A DNA stretch of 64,000 nucleotides from Chitinophagales bacterium (GTDB lineage: Bacteria > Bacteroidota > Bacteroidia > Chitinophagales > LD1). Every line of letters begins with the position of its first letter. The first letter of the stretch is position 1. Position numbers and translations under genes: made by a program. Below, piece after piece: positions 8,880-18,211 of this stretch. The notes under the pieces were generated by a model, which did not search any database, was not told where the DNA came from, and was given only the letters and a program-made list of their open reading frames with translations. Where the stretch lies: NCBI GenBank assembly GCA_016786765.1, contig JAEUUZ010000004.1:105311-169310 (forward strand). The letters are read 5' to 3'.

Positions 8880-9939
8880 GCTTTATTTCTTCTAAAAATC
8901 GAATTCTAACCCTTATCGACACTAACCACATAAACAACAATACCCAACCAATTACAGCCGGATAAAAGAATAAGCGCAGGTGACTGTCTAAGTCATATTT
9001 ACTGAATGCCGGATTTCCACCATTGCCCGGGTGTAACGAATCGGTGATACGAGGGATGATGAAAATAAACAGTACATAAATAACGATGGCAAAGATGTTG
9101 TACACGGCACTGATTCGTGCTCGTTTTACTTCATCCTGAATAGCTCCACGCAAGATAATGTATGCCAAGTAGATTAAAACACCTACTGCCGCTCCGTTCA
9201 GTTTCGGGTCGTTCGGCCATGGTGAACCCCAGGTGTAATTCGCCCACATCATGCCGGTTACAATACCCAACGCACCGCAAAGAAGGGATACGTTTACCGA
9301 TTCGGCAGCAATTATATCGTATAGCTTGTTATTACTGCTTAAATATTTGATACTGTAGACTAAGGAAACAATTAATACCAGTAACATACTGAACCACATC
9401 GGTACATGATAAAACGTGTTGCGAATCGATTCGTACAATATCTCGCGATACGGAAAAGCAAAGCCGGTATGCAAATTATTGGCTACTGCCACAACACATT
9501 CGTTAGCTTGCAATGAATCAGGTACCAAACCATTCATTACCAATGCATCGCGCAAGGCAATAGTTCCATCGGCATCATCATTTACGATGACATCAAAGGT
9601 ATTGTCTACCTTATCGGCATTCGCTAATTGTGCCATAGGTAGCATGAAACGCAGTGAGGTCTCCGATGTAGCTTTTGCGTTTTCGACACATAAATATTTT
9701 CCGGCTGATTTTAGAAAAACCTGTACATTTTTTCCGGTTTGAAAGTGTGTGTTGACGGCCTCAATCGTAAAATTATTTTCAGCACCGGGGGTGAATGCAA
9801 TCGGGTTAATCGACACTAAACCCGGCCCTAACGGAACGGTTAATCCGCCAATCAATACATAGACCAATAGCACAATCGACAAGTATTTCCACCACATTTG
9901 TTTTGTCCATCCGGGCAACATATTTTCTACTTTTGACAA
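8866..9939 (-). CDS. ccmC: Heme exporter / cytochrome c biogenesis protein CcmC with an extra periplasmic domain
   Basis: IRNTFYHVP, WWD-like WANYTWGSPWPNDPKL, SLHP. Confidence 0.88.
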   Translation of the reverse strand: MSKVENMLPGWTKQMWWKYLSIVLLVYVLIGGLTVPLGPGLVSINPIAFTPGAENNFTIEAVNTHFQTGKNVQVFLKSAGKYLCVENAKATSETSLRFMLPMAQLANADKVDNTFDVIVNDDADGTIALRDALVMNGLVPDSLQANECVVAVANNLHTGFAFPYREILYESIRNTFYHVPMWFSMLLVLIVSLVYSIKYLSSNNKLYDIIAAESVNVSLLCGALGIVTGMMWANYTWGSPWPNDPKLNGAAVGVLIYLAYIILRGAIQDEVKRARISAVYNIFAIVIYVLFIFIIPRITDSLHPGNGGNPAFSKYDLDSHLRLFFYPAVIGWVLLFMWLVSIRVRIRFLEEIKLDNE

Positions 9940-9950
9940 GGTTTAAAAGG

Positions 9951-10649
9951 CTATTCGCGCCAAATATAGGGAAACAAGACAATCGCCAAAATTATTTGCA
10001 CGATATCGAGTGCAATCAACAATAACAGATTTTTCGTTACCAGCTCTTGCATGGTTATATCGCCTAATGCAGCCGAGGTGACTTTGGTAATGAAAATCAA
10101 CATAGGAATCAAAATCGGGAAGCCCAACACCGCCACAAGGGTATTGTTACTCTTAGCTTTCAGCGCAATAGCACTCATTGTTGTGAACAACACGGCATAA
10201 CTGATTGAACCCAGAGCCATCACTTCGGTGAAAACCACAAACGAATGAATATGTGTTGGAATCACCACCATAAAAATGATGGAAGCAGCAACTGAGAGCA
10301 ATAGCGTAAAAATTACGTTGTAAATCAATTTTGCTGTGATGTAGACATAGGGCGAAAACAGAAAATGGAAGTACATCATATTTTCTTCCTTTTCGCGAAA
10401 GAAAGAATTCGACACCGCATTCACTGAAGAGAATAGCACCACCATCCAAAACAAAATACCCCATGTGGAAGCGGGCAAATTCTGCAACGAATCGCCATTA
10501 TAAAGTAACGAAAAGTAAATCATCATTACTGTGCTCGAGGAAAACAAAAACAGACCTCCGAGCACATATTTGTTTCTACGCTCTATCAAAATATCTTTTT
10601 GAAAAAGCGCAAATACTTGCGACAAAAAGGATGGATTATTGTTTTGCAC
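9951..10649 (-). CDS. ccmB: Heme exporter protein CcmB
   Basis: ALFQKDILIERR, SFFREKE, VLGFPILIPML; likely GTG start at 10649 (track starts 10679). Confidence 0.85.
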   Translation of the reverse strand: MQNNNPSFLSQVFALFQKDILIERRNKYVLGGLFLFSSSTVMMIYFSLLYNGDSLQNLPASTWGILFWMVVLFSSVNAVSNSFFREKEENMMYFHFLFSPYVYITAKLIYNVIFTLLLSVAASIIFMVVIPTHIHSFVVFTEVMALGSISYAVLFTTMSAIALKAKSNNTLVAVLGFPILIPMLIFITKVTSAALGDITMQELVTKNLLLLIALDIVQIILAIVLFPYIWRE

Positions 10650-11133
10650 GTTGATTTCGGGTTTGGAGATAAGCAACAATAACGCTAATCAGCAGTCCGC
10701 CAAACAAAGTAGACAACACGATTTGTATCATATACATTTGAAAATTAAAATAGCTACTGGCACGCTGCAATGCCTTTTCTTTGGTTACATGCATTTGATC
10801 GGCATGTGCTACAGTGTATTGAATAAAGGAATTAAAAAAATCGGGGTTGACGTACTTAAAAAAAACATACACACTTATTGGGGCAAGAAAAGTAGAAAGC
10901 AGAACACCAATAGCACATTCAGAAAAGGCTCTTTGGAAGGTTAAATCGGGATACAGCGCTTTGGTATCTTCTACGGTTTGCCGGAGTGTAAGAATGGGAA
11001 TGAGCAATGCAAAATTGGTCACCATTGGATGATACTCGATATATTTATCGTGCAATCCAACCACATATTCCAATGCTAGCCATAGCAACGAAGCCATGCT
11101 GCCTATCAACGCCCATTTTATTGAAGGTTTCAT
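10636..11133 (-). CDS. DUF4199-like 4-TM membrane protein
   Basis: WLALEYVVGLHDKYI, LTFQRAF, YVNPDFF pattern. Confidence 0.7.
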   Translation of the reverse strand: MKPSIKWALIGSMASLLWLALEYVVGLHDKYIEYHPMVTNFALLIPILTLRQTVEDTKALYPDLTFQRAFSECAIGVLLSTFLAPISVYVFFKYVNPDFFNSFIQYTVAHADQMHVTKEKALQRASSYFNFQMYMIQIVLSTLFGGLLISVIVAYLQTRNQRAKQ

Positions 11134-11229
11134 ATTAATTGTTAGGCAATATTAATTAAAAAAACGAGATAGAAAGTGGATTGGGAAGGGTGAAAAATTT
11201 ATGTAGGTTTGGAGCATAGAAATAGCATC

Positions 11230-12714
11230 ATGAAGAAAATCTTAGTAGCCAACCGAGGAGAAATTGCTTTACGCGTAATGCGAACTGCGCGAGATATGGG
11301 GATAAAAACGGTAGCTGTATTTTCGGAAGCCGACCGAAACTCGCCACATGTGCGTTTTGCCGATGAGGCTGTTTGCATTGGTCCTCCGGCTTCTAAGGAT
11401 TCGTACTTGCGTGGCGAAAAAATTGTAGAAGTAGCAAAAACATTGGGCGTAGATGGCATCCACCCCGGTTATGGATTTTTATCGGAAAACGCTGCATTTG
11501 CTAAATTGGTAGAAGAAAATGGCATCACGTTCATTGGTCCAACTCCAGAAGCTATTGAGATTATGGGCGATAAACTTTCGGCTAAAGAAGCCGCTAAAAA
11601 GTTTGATATACCGATGGTTCCGGGAAGCGAAGGTGCTATTACGGAAGTGGAAGAAGCCAAAAAACTGTGTGCAGCTATTGGCTATCCTGTATTGATTAAA
11701 GCTAGTGCCGGAGGAGGCGGAAAAGGAATGCGTGTGGTTGAGAACGAAGGCGAAATTGAAGAACAGATGCACCGCGCGCAAAGTGAAGCATTGTCGGCTT
11801 TTGGCGATGGCAGTGTGTTCATTGAAAAATATGTAGGCTCGCCAAAACATATTGAAGTACAGATTTTGGGCGATAATTACGGCAACATCGTGTACTTGCA
11901 CGAACGTGAATGTTCTATTCAGCGCAGACATCAAAAAGTAGTGGAAGAAGCACCGAGCTCATGTTTAACTCCCGAGAAAAGAAAAGCCATTGGTGAAGCA
12001 GCAGTGCGTGTGGGTAAATCGTGCGCTTACATTGGTGCAGGAACGGTGGAGTTTTTGGTAGATGAAGCATTGAACTTTTATTTCTTAGAAATGAATACAC
12101 GCTTACAAGTAGAACATCCGGTAACAGAGATGATAACCGGTGTAGACTTAGTGCGCGAACAAATTAATATCGCCCGTGGTGAGAAACTAAGTTTCGTACA
12201 AGAAGACATTCAGTTAATTGGCCACTCGATGGAATTGCGTGTGTATGCCGAAGATCCCATGAATAATTTCTTGCCGGATATTGGCCAATTGAAACAATAC
12301 AAAAAACCGGAAGGTCCGGGAGTACGCGTGGATGATGGTTTTGAAGAAGGCATGACCATTCCTATTTATTACGACCCGATGATTGCCAAATTAGTTACCT
12401 ATGGTAAAGATCGTGAAGAAGCCATTAACCGAATGCTTCGAGCGATTGATAGTTATACGATTGTGGGCGTTCGCAATACGCTAATATTTGGACGATTTGT
12501 GCTTACACATCCCGATTTTGTGAGCGGTAAATTCGACACCAATTTCGTGAACAAAAATTTCAAACCGGAACTACTACAACCAAGTAACCCCGGTGAAGAA
12601 GAAGCTGCAGCTATCATTGCCGATTTCTTATTCAGCGAAAAGAAAAACACAACAACGGCTGTTACTTCAGGAAATAAAATTGGAGTGTCGAATTGGGTGA
12701 AGAATAGAACCTAG
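11230..12714 (+). CDS. accC: Biotin carboxylase (acetyl/propionyl-CoA carboxylase)
   Basis: ILVANRGEIA, HPGYGFLSEN, GGGGKGMR, EMNTRLQVEHPVTE; TAGGTTTG promoter at 11204-11211. Confidence 0.93.
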   Translation: MKKILVANRGEIALRVMRTARDMGIKTVAVFSEADRNSPHVRFADEAVCIGPPASKDSYLRGEKIVEVAKTLGVDGIHPGYGFLSENAAFAKLVEENGITFIGPTPEAIEIMGDKLSAKEAAKKFDIPMVPGSEGAITEVEEAKKLCAAIGYPVLIKASAGGGGKGMRVVENEGEIEEQMHRAQSEALSAFGDGSVFIEKYVGSPKHIEVQILGDNYGNIVYLHERECSIQRRHQKVVEEAPSSCLTPEKRKAIGEAAVRVGKSCAYIGAGTVEFLVDEALNFYFLEMNTRLQVEHPVTEMITGVDLVREQINIARGEKLSFVQEDIQLIGHSMELRVYAEDPMNNFLPDIGQLKQYKKPEGPGVRVDDGFEEGMTIPIYYDPMIAKLVTYGKDREEAINRMLRAIDSYTIVGVRNTLIFGRFVLTHPDFVSGKFDTNFVNKNFKPELLQPSNPGEEEAAAIIADFLFSEKKNTTTAVTSGNKIGVSNWVKNRT

Positions 12715-12717
12715 TTG

Positions 12718-13221
12718 TTATTGACAACCTGTAATCACCAATTTAGATGTTAGAACTTTGTTACTTAAGTGTCCGGCTCTGTCGCGCAGCGTAAGCTCAA
12801 ACTGAGCAGTATCGGCACAACCCGGAGTACCACACACTTTTTTGCAAAAAGCGCCAAGGCGAATTACCACTTCACCACGAATAGATTCTTTGCCTTTATC
12901 GGGCTGATAGTATTCAGTGGCGGCAAATAGGGTACACGAATCACGTAAATCTTTGTAGAAGAAATTAAAGCCCGGATTGGTAAGAATTCTTGCTTCTGGT
13001 GTAACACAAACCGTATCGTTTCTTGGCGTTGCTCCAACGGGAATTCCAATGTCGCCATCGCCATCAGTAAACTCTGCGATAATCGTTACGGTATCCATAT
13101 CCCCCACTACATCGCGGCTAAACGACTTGAATGTTAAGCGCGGTTCAATTGGAAATTGCTCGTTGGTTACCTTACAACCGGTAAAAAACAATAGCACAGA
13201 AATAAAAAAAATATATCGCAT
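12718..13221 (-). CDS. Hypothetical lipoprotein
   Basis: Lipobox FFTGC, FTDGDGDIG and DRAGHLSN motifs typical of a Bacteroidota lipoprotein family. Confidence 0.7.
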   Translation of the reverse strand: MRYIFFISVLLFFTGCKVTNEQFPIEPRLTFKSFSRDVVGDMDTVTIIAEFTDGDGDIGIPVGATPRNDTVCVTPEARILTNPGFNFFYKDLRDSCTLFAATEYYQPDKGKESIRGEVVIRLGAFCKKVCGTPGCADTAQFELTLRDRAGHLSNKVLTSKLVITGCQ

Positions 13222-13283
13222 AGTTCTAATTAAGTCGAAATTAAGCGATTTATTGCATTTTCGCACAAAGAATTTTCAGATAA

Positions 13284-14285
13284 GTGAACATAGATTCCAT
13301 TTTTTCGGTAACGCCCAACAACTTTGAAGAAAAAGCATTAACTGTTTTTGCCTATCAATTTGCACATGTATCCTTCTATCAAACGTATTGCAAACTCATG
13401 AACAAACAGCCTAAAAATGTAAGTTCAATTAACGACATCCCTTTTCTGCCCATTGAGTTTTTCAAAACGCAGCAAATCATTGCCGATGGGAAACAAGCGC
13501 AAGCCATTTTCGAGAGCAGCACAACCACGGGAGCCACGCCCAGCAAACATTTTGTTGCAGATTTATCTATCTATGAAACATCCTTTCTGAAAGGCTTTGA
13601 GGCCGCTTACGGAAACCCGAAAGACTATCTATTTTTGGCCTTACTTCCCTCCTACTTAGAACGTGGGAATTCTTCGCTCGTATATATGGCGAATCAATTC
13701 ATTGCTCTTTCTGAACATCAAGAGAGTGGTTTTATTCTGCACGATTTTGAGCAACTAAAAAACACATTACAAGCCACAAAAGTGCCCCGAGAAAAGATTA
13801 TCCTTTTAGGCGTAACTTATGCATTGCTTGATTTTGCGGAACAATTTCCAATGGATTTAAACGGCATCACCATCATGGAAACCGGTGGTATGAAAGGACG
13901 AAGAGCAGAGATGACACGTATGGAAATTCATCGTGAACTTTCATCGGCTTTTCGCGTTAATACCATTCACTCAGAATATGGCATGACGGAACTCTTATCG
14001 CAAGCCTATTCTAAAGGAAATGGCATTTTCAAAGCTGCTCCATGGATGAAAGTATTAACAAGAGATATGTATGATCCGGGAAGTTATGTTACACATCAAT
14101 CGGGTGGAATTAATATTATTGATTTGGCCAATCTCTATTCGTGCGCCTTTATAGCCACTTCAGATGTTGGAAAAGTATTCGCTGACGACACCTTTGAAAT
14201 TATCGGCCGAATGGAAACTGCAGATATTCGCGGTTGTAATTTAATGTATGATAGCTTTGGAGAACATTCATCTACAACACCATGA
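13284..14285 (+). CDS. LuxE/PaaK-like acyl-protein synthetase
   Basis: IPFLPIEFFK, FESSTTTG, METGGMKG, SEYGMTELLSQ, RGCNL. Confidence 0.85.
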   Translation: MNIDSIFSVTPNNFEEKALTVFAYQFAHVSFYQTYCKLMNKQPKNVSSINDIPFLPIEFFKTQQIIADGKQAQAIFESSTTTGATPSKHFVADLSIYETSFLKGFEAAYGNPKDYLFLALLPSYLERGNSSLVYMANQFIALSEHQESGFILHDFEQLKNTLQATKVPREKIILLGVTYALLDFAEQFPMDLNGITIMETGGMKGRRAEMTRMEIHRELSSAFRVNTIHSEYGMTELLSQAYSKGNGIFKAAPWMKVLTRDMYDPGSYVTHQSGGINIIDLANLYSCAFIATSDVGKVFADDTFEIIGRMETADIRGCNLMYDSFGEHSSTTP

Positions 14286-14830
14286 AGAAAACATATTTAG
14301 GCAAACTGTTGGAATACGATAAACCGCTCTTTGGGGTAGTAGTTCTTTTTATTCTTGGCCAACTCTTTTTCACTTTTAAAGGCGTAGAAACTTTTCCCTT
14401 TTTGAATTACGGTATGTACTCAGAACCAATGCTTGCAACTGATACACAAACTATTTATCAGTTAACGATATGCGGACAGCGTATTCCACTCACTTCGCTT
14501 ACTGATTGTGAAAAAGATATGGTATTGAATAGCATTCAACATTACGACCACTTGAAACAGAGTAATGGCAAGGAAAAAACAGAAGAGGTAATTGATCATC
14601 GCTTTAAAGGGAAAGTAGGCGATGCTACATTAAGAGAAATAAAAGCTAAGTTATTGAATAGCCCTAGTGCCATTGAACGTTACCCGAAATGGTTGATGAA
14701 ATATTTAGCGGATATGCGGATGGTGAATAGCTCAACTTTAAATCTTTCAAAAGCCACTTTAACATACGATAGCAAAGGGAACATCACTATTTCTTCACCT
14801 GTAACCATTGGCGAATATGCAGAACAATAA
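14282..14830 (+). CDS. Membrane-anchored hypothetical protein (HTTM-partner-like)
   Basis: One TM helix followed by ETFPFLNYGMYS; ATGA overlap with the luxE-like gene. Confidence 0.6.
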   Translation: MKKTYLGKLLEYDKPLFGVVVLFILGQLFFTFKGVETFPFLNYGMYSEPMLATDTQTIYQLTICGQRIPLTSLTDCEKDMVLNSIQHYDHLKQSNGKEKTEEVIDHRFKGKVGDATLREIKAKLLNSPSAIERYPKWLMKYLADMRMVNSSTLNLSKATLTYDSKGNITISSPVTIGEYAEQ

Positions 14831-15596
14831 AATTGAGCAGCGCAGTAAATGGTTCTTCTACTTTGCGATGATCTGGGTTGCGTATCGCTTCTGGGGGCAC
14901 GCCTTATTTTCTCAACTTGCTGAACCGGTTTTAGTATATCCTAGTATCGACAATACATTCTGGCTTTTTCATGGATTGAATATTCCGGCATTCTTTACCC
15001 AACATCAATTCATTGCTACTATTTTCGATTTACTGCTTTTCTTCTTTCCTATTCTGTTTATCAAAACACAATATAAATGGTATGCCGTAGCCTTTTCAAT
15101 ACTCTTGGCTATTTATAACATCGTTTTTGCTACCTATTCGGCACACCATTTTCATTCGTTGATGGGTTTGATGATAGTAAGCATTACCTTTTGGACAGCC
15201 AACGAAGCTCGTCATCAAAGGCTTTGGGAAGGGGCGCGTTACTACTTTCTATTTGTAATGGTATCTGCTGCGCTTTGGAAACTCTTCCGTGGTGCGGCTT
15301 TCCAACCCGACCAAATGGTCAATATATTAAAAGCGCAGCATGCGCAATATTTTGCGGAACATGGCTCAGCAAAACTTGGAGCATTTTATCAGTATCTTAT
15401 TCAAAACACTGCTATTGCACAAGGCTTTTATTGGTTGGCGATTGTATTGGAACTTGCATTCTTGATCGGCTTTTTCACAAAGAAATGGGACAAGCTTTTG
15501 TTGCTTTTCTTTTTCGCCTTTATCATCACCAATTATTTTGTGATGGGCATTTTCTCGTTTGAGCTGAGTGTTTTTGGAATACTCTTTTGGCTATAG
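14817..15596 (+). CDS. Polytopic membrane protein, HTTM-like
   Basis: About 7-8 TM helices, Y...SALWKL..G and [10 protein letters not shown] motifs. Confidence 0.6.
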   Translation: MQNNKIEQRSKWFFYFAMIWVAYRFWGHALFSQLAEPVLVYPSIDNTFWLFHGLNIPAFFTQHQFIATIFDLLLFFFPILFIKTQYKWYAVAFSILLAIYNIVFATYSAHHFHSLMGLMIVSITFWTANEARHQRLWEGARYYFLFVMVSAALWKLFRGAAFQPDQMVNILKAQHAQYFAEHGSAKLGAFYQYLIQNTAIAQGFYWLAIVLELAFLIGFFTKKWDKLLLLFFFAFIITNYFVMGIFSFELSVFGILFWL

Positions 15597-16670
15597 TTTT
15601 GCACAACGTTGGCGCAACCAATGATCAGCTAACACCAATGCGGCCATAGCTTCTACGATAGGAACTGCACGAGGAACTACACACGGATCGTGTCGTCCGA
15701 TAACTTCTAAAGTTGTTGCTTCTTTCTCGATTGTAACCGTTTGTTGTTGCTTGGAAATAGTTGCAACAGGCTTAAAAGCAACTCGAAAATAAATATCCAT
15801 TCCATTTGAAATGCCTCCTTGAATTCCAGCGGAATGATTGGTAGTTGTCATCACTTTCCCATCATGTGCGGCAAAGGCATCATTATGCGCTGAACCTCTC
15901 ATGGTTACTGCATCAAACCCGTCTCCAATTTCAAAAGCACGAGTCGCATTAATACTCATCATTGCCTTGGCAAAATCTGCATGCAATTTATCGAACACGG
16001 GCTCGCCCAAACCGGCCGGACAGTTTTTTATTACGCATGTAATCACACCACCAATAGAATCACCATCTTGTCGAACTTCTTCAATTAAAGCTATCATCTT
16101 TGCGGCAGTGGCTTCATCCGGACAACGAACCATATTTTTTTCTGCTACTTCAAGATTTAATAATGTGTATGGAATTGTGCATTTCACATCCCCCACTTGT
16201 GACACGTAAGCTTGAATCGAAATATTTTCAGTAGCTAACAATTGTTTGGCAATGGCTCCGGAAGCTACTCGGGCAATTGTTTCGCGAGCCGATGATCGTC
16301 CACCGCCACGGTAATCGCGAATGCCGTATTTCGCTTCGGTAGTGAAATCGGCATGAGAAGGGCGATAAGTGTTTTTTACTGTGTCATAATCAGAGGAACG
16401 ATGATCTTTATTGTTCACCAACATGGCAATAGGAGAGCCTAGTGTTTTCCCTTCAAACACACCGCTGATAATGTCAACAGTATCTTCTTCTGTCCGTTGC
16501 GTGGTAATGCTCGACTGGCCCGGTTTTCTTCGGTTTAAATCTAACTGAATTTTTCCGACATCGAGGGTTAGTCCTGCCGGACAACCATCAATTACCACAC
16601 CTATTCCCAAACCATGGGATTCGCCAAAAGTAGTAATTTTAAAAATTTGTCCGAACGAATTTCCTGCCAT
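15591..16670 (-). CDS. aroC: Chorismate synthase
   Basis: [30 protein letters not shown]. Confidence 0.98.
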   Translation of the reverse strand: MAGNSFGQIFKITTFGESHGLGIGVVIDGCPAGLTLDVGKIQLDLNRRKPGQSSITTQRTEEDTVDIISGVFEGKTLGSPIAMLVNNKDHRSSDYDTVKNTYRPSHADFTTEAKYGIRDYRGGGRSSARETIARVASGAIAKQLLATENISIQAYVSQVGDVKCTIPYTLLNLEVAEKNMVRCPDEATAAKMIALIEEVRQDGDSIGGVITCVIKNCPAGLGEPVFDKLHADFAKAMMSINATRAFEIGDGFDAVTMRGSAHNDAFAAHDGKVMTTTNHSAGIQGGISNGMDIYFRVAFKPVATISKQQQTVTIEKEATTLEVIGRHDPCVVPRAVPIVEAMAALVLADHWLRQRCAKL

Positions 16671-16715
16671 GCTTGCAAGTTAACATTGCTTTTAGAAAAC
16701 GCAAAGCTGAAGCGA

Positions 16716-17372
16716 CTACTCGTTAAAATTGATATGCTTTCCGTATGTACCACGAAGTCGTTCAAAAAAGCCTTCTCTATCGGCTAATGGAACAAAATTC
16801 GGCACAAACGCATCTTTCGGGTCTATGCTAGGAAGAAATAATTCTCTCTTTTTGGTTGGATCAATGCGCACAAAAACGACCGGCACATAAGGCATGTTAT
16901 TACAACGTTTCTTAAGCATTTTTCGCAACGATTTCGTTTGAAAAGGATCAGAGGCCAATGCAATACGCTTAAAACCCATTTTCTGCGCCATCTTCATGCC
17001 ATAATAGGCATTTTCGGTGCTGTGTTCAGCTCTTGTTTCAGCAAAAGTGTGATCAGGGTCTGTACCTAAACTATCGGCTATAACCTTCATGGCAATTCCT
17101 TCGATGTATGGCGTTGCAACTGCAGCACCGGAAAAAATCACATTTTTCGTAATGCCACTATCCATCAAATATTTTGCCCAAAGAATACGTGCGGCAAATA
17201 CAGCACCAAAACCTTTATCCATATAAGGCACGCCCGGAACTATCACTACATCATAGGGCTCTACCCGTTTGGCTTCTTGGAATTTTTTTTCCGAAAAACG
17301 CGTGCTTGTGCAAGAGGATGTCACTAAACCAATCACTAGCGTAGCTAAAAAAAAGAACTTTTGATGCATCAT
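16716..17372 (-). CDS. YdcF/DUF218 family lipoprotein
   Basis: Lipobox VTSSC, IVPG, IFSGAAV, AEHSTENA. Confidence 0.82.
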   Translation of the reverse strand: MMHQKFFFLATLVIGLVTSSCTSTRFSEKKFQEAKRVEPYDVVIVPGVPYMDKGFGAVFAARILWAKYLMDSGITKNVIFSGAAVATPYIEGIAMKVIADSLGTDPDHTFAETRAEHSTENAYYGMKMAQKMGFKRIALASDPFQTKSLRKMLKKRCNNMPYVPVVFVRIDPTKKRELFLPSIDPKDAFVPNFVPLADREGFFERLRGTYGKHINFNE

Positions 17373-17384
17373 AGTAATAGCGTA

Positions 17385-18104
17385 TTAAAAAGAACCTGAA
17401 CCAACAGAATCGCAAGCTTGAGAAGTAGGATCGATAATATTTTCAGTTTCTACATAACTAATTTTCAGCCCTAATGTACCATTATATCGCTGACTATATG
17501 TTTCTCGTTCTTTTAAGGGAATGAAAGTATTTTCATCGATTTGAGCAGCCGACAAATCAGCTTCAGGCAATGGATCTATTTTATTTTTTCCTTTGAATAC
17601 TGCCTTAAACACAATTGGAATAGACACTACCCCTTTACATTTCCGTTGTATAAAACTGTGCAAAAATATAGTTTGAAAAATATCTGTAGATAATGCAATC
17701 TTCTTGAACCCTAGTTTTTGTGCCATTTTCATCCCGAAGTAAACATTCTCTGTACTATGTTCTGCCTTAGTTTCGGCAAATGTATGTTTTGATGGAATAC
17801 CCATGGAGTCTGCATAAATTTTCATCGCCAAAGCTTCTACATAGGGAGTATGTACGGCACCCCCAGAAAAAATAATATTCTTCGCAATATTGTTGTCGTA
17901 CAAAAACTTAGCCCATCGCATTCGAGCAATAAAAATTGACTCTAACCCCTTTTCTCCAATTGGCGTTCCTGGAACTATAATAGCATCATAGGTTTGCCCA
18001 TGCGCTACTTTTTTATATTGATTCTCCAATACACCGTGCAATGCGCAAGAGTTAAACATTAAGCCTAACAATGCAATAATAATTAGCTGTGCGTTTATCC
18101 TCAT
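17385..18104 (-). CDS. YdcF/DUF218 family lipoprotein (paralog)
   Basis: Lipobox FNSC, IIVPG, IFSGGAV, AEHSTENV; start placed downstream of the gdh terminator. Confidence 0.82.
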   Translation of the reverse strand: MRINAQLIIIALLGLMFNSCALHGVLENQYKKVAHGQTYDAIIVPGTPIGEKGLESIFIARMRWAKFLYDNNIAKNIIFSGGAVHTPYVEALAMKIYADSMGIPSKHTFAETKAEHSTENVYFGMKMAQKLGFKKIALSTDIFQTIFLHSFIQRKCKGVVSIPIVFKAVFKGKNKIDPLPEADLSAAQIDENTFIPLKERETYSQRYNGTLGLKISYVETENIIDPTSQACDSVGSGSF

Positions 18105-18120
18105 CCTTAATCTATTTATA

Positions 18121-18152
18121 AAAAAAACCATATAATCTAAGTTATATGGTTT
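18121..18152 (-). terminator. Intrinsic terminator after gdh
   Basis: AAACCATATAA-TCTAAG-TTATATGGTTT stem with a U-tract on the minus strand. Confidence 0.7.
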
Positions 18153-18211
18153 CGAACGCTATACGATAAATAAAGTTCTAAGGTCTGTTAAATTTAACAG
18201 TTGTTAGTTAC

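Noticed and set aside
13284-14285. Bioluminescence (lux) operon
   Set aside because: Only a luxE-like gene is present, with no luxAB/C/D; such genes are common in non-luminous Bacteroidota
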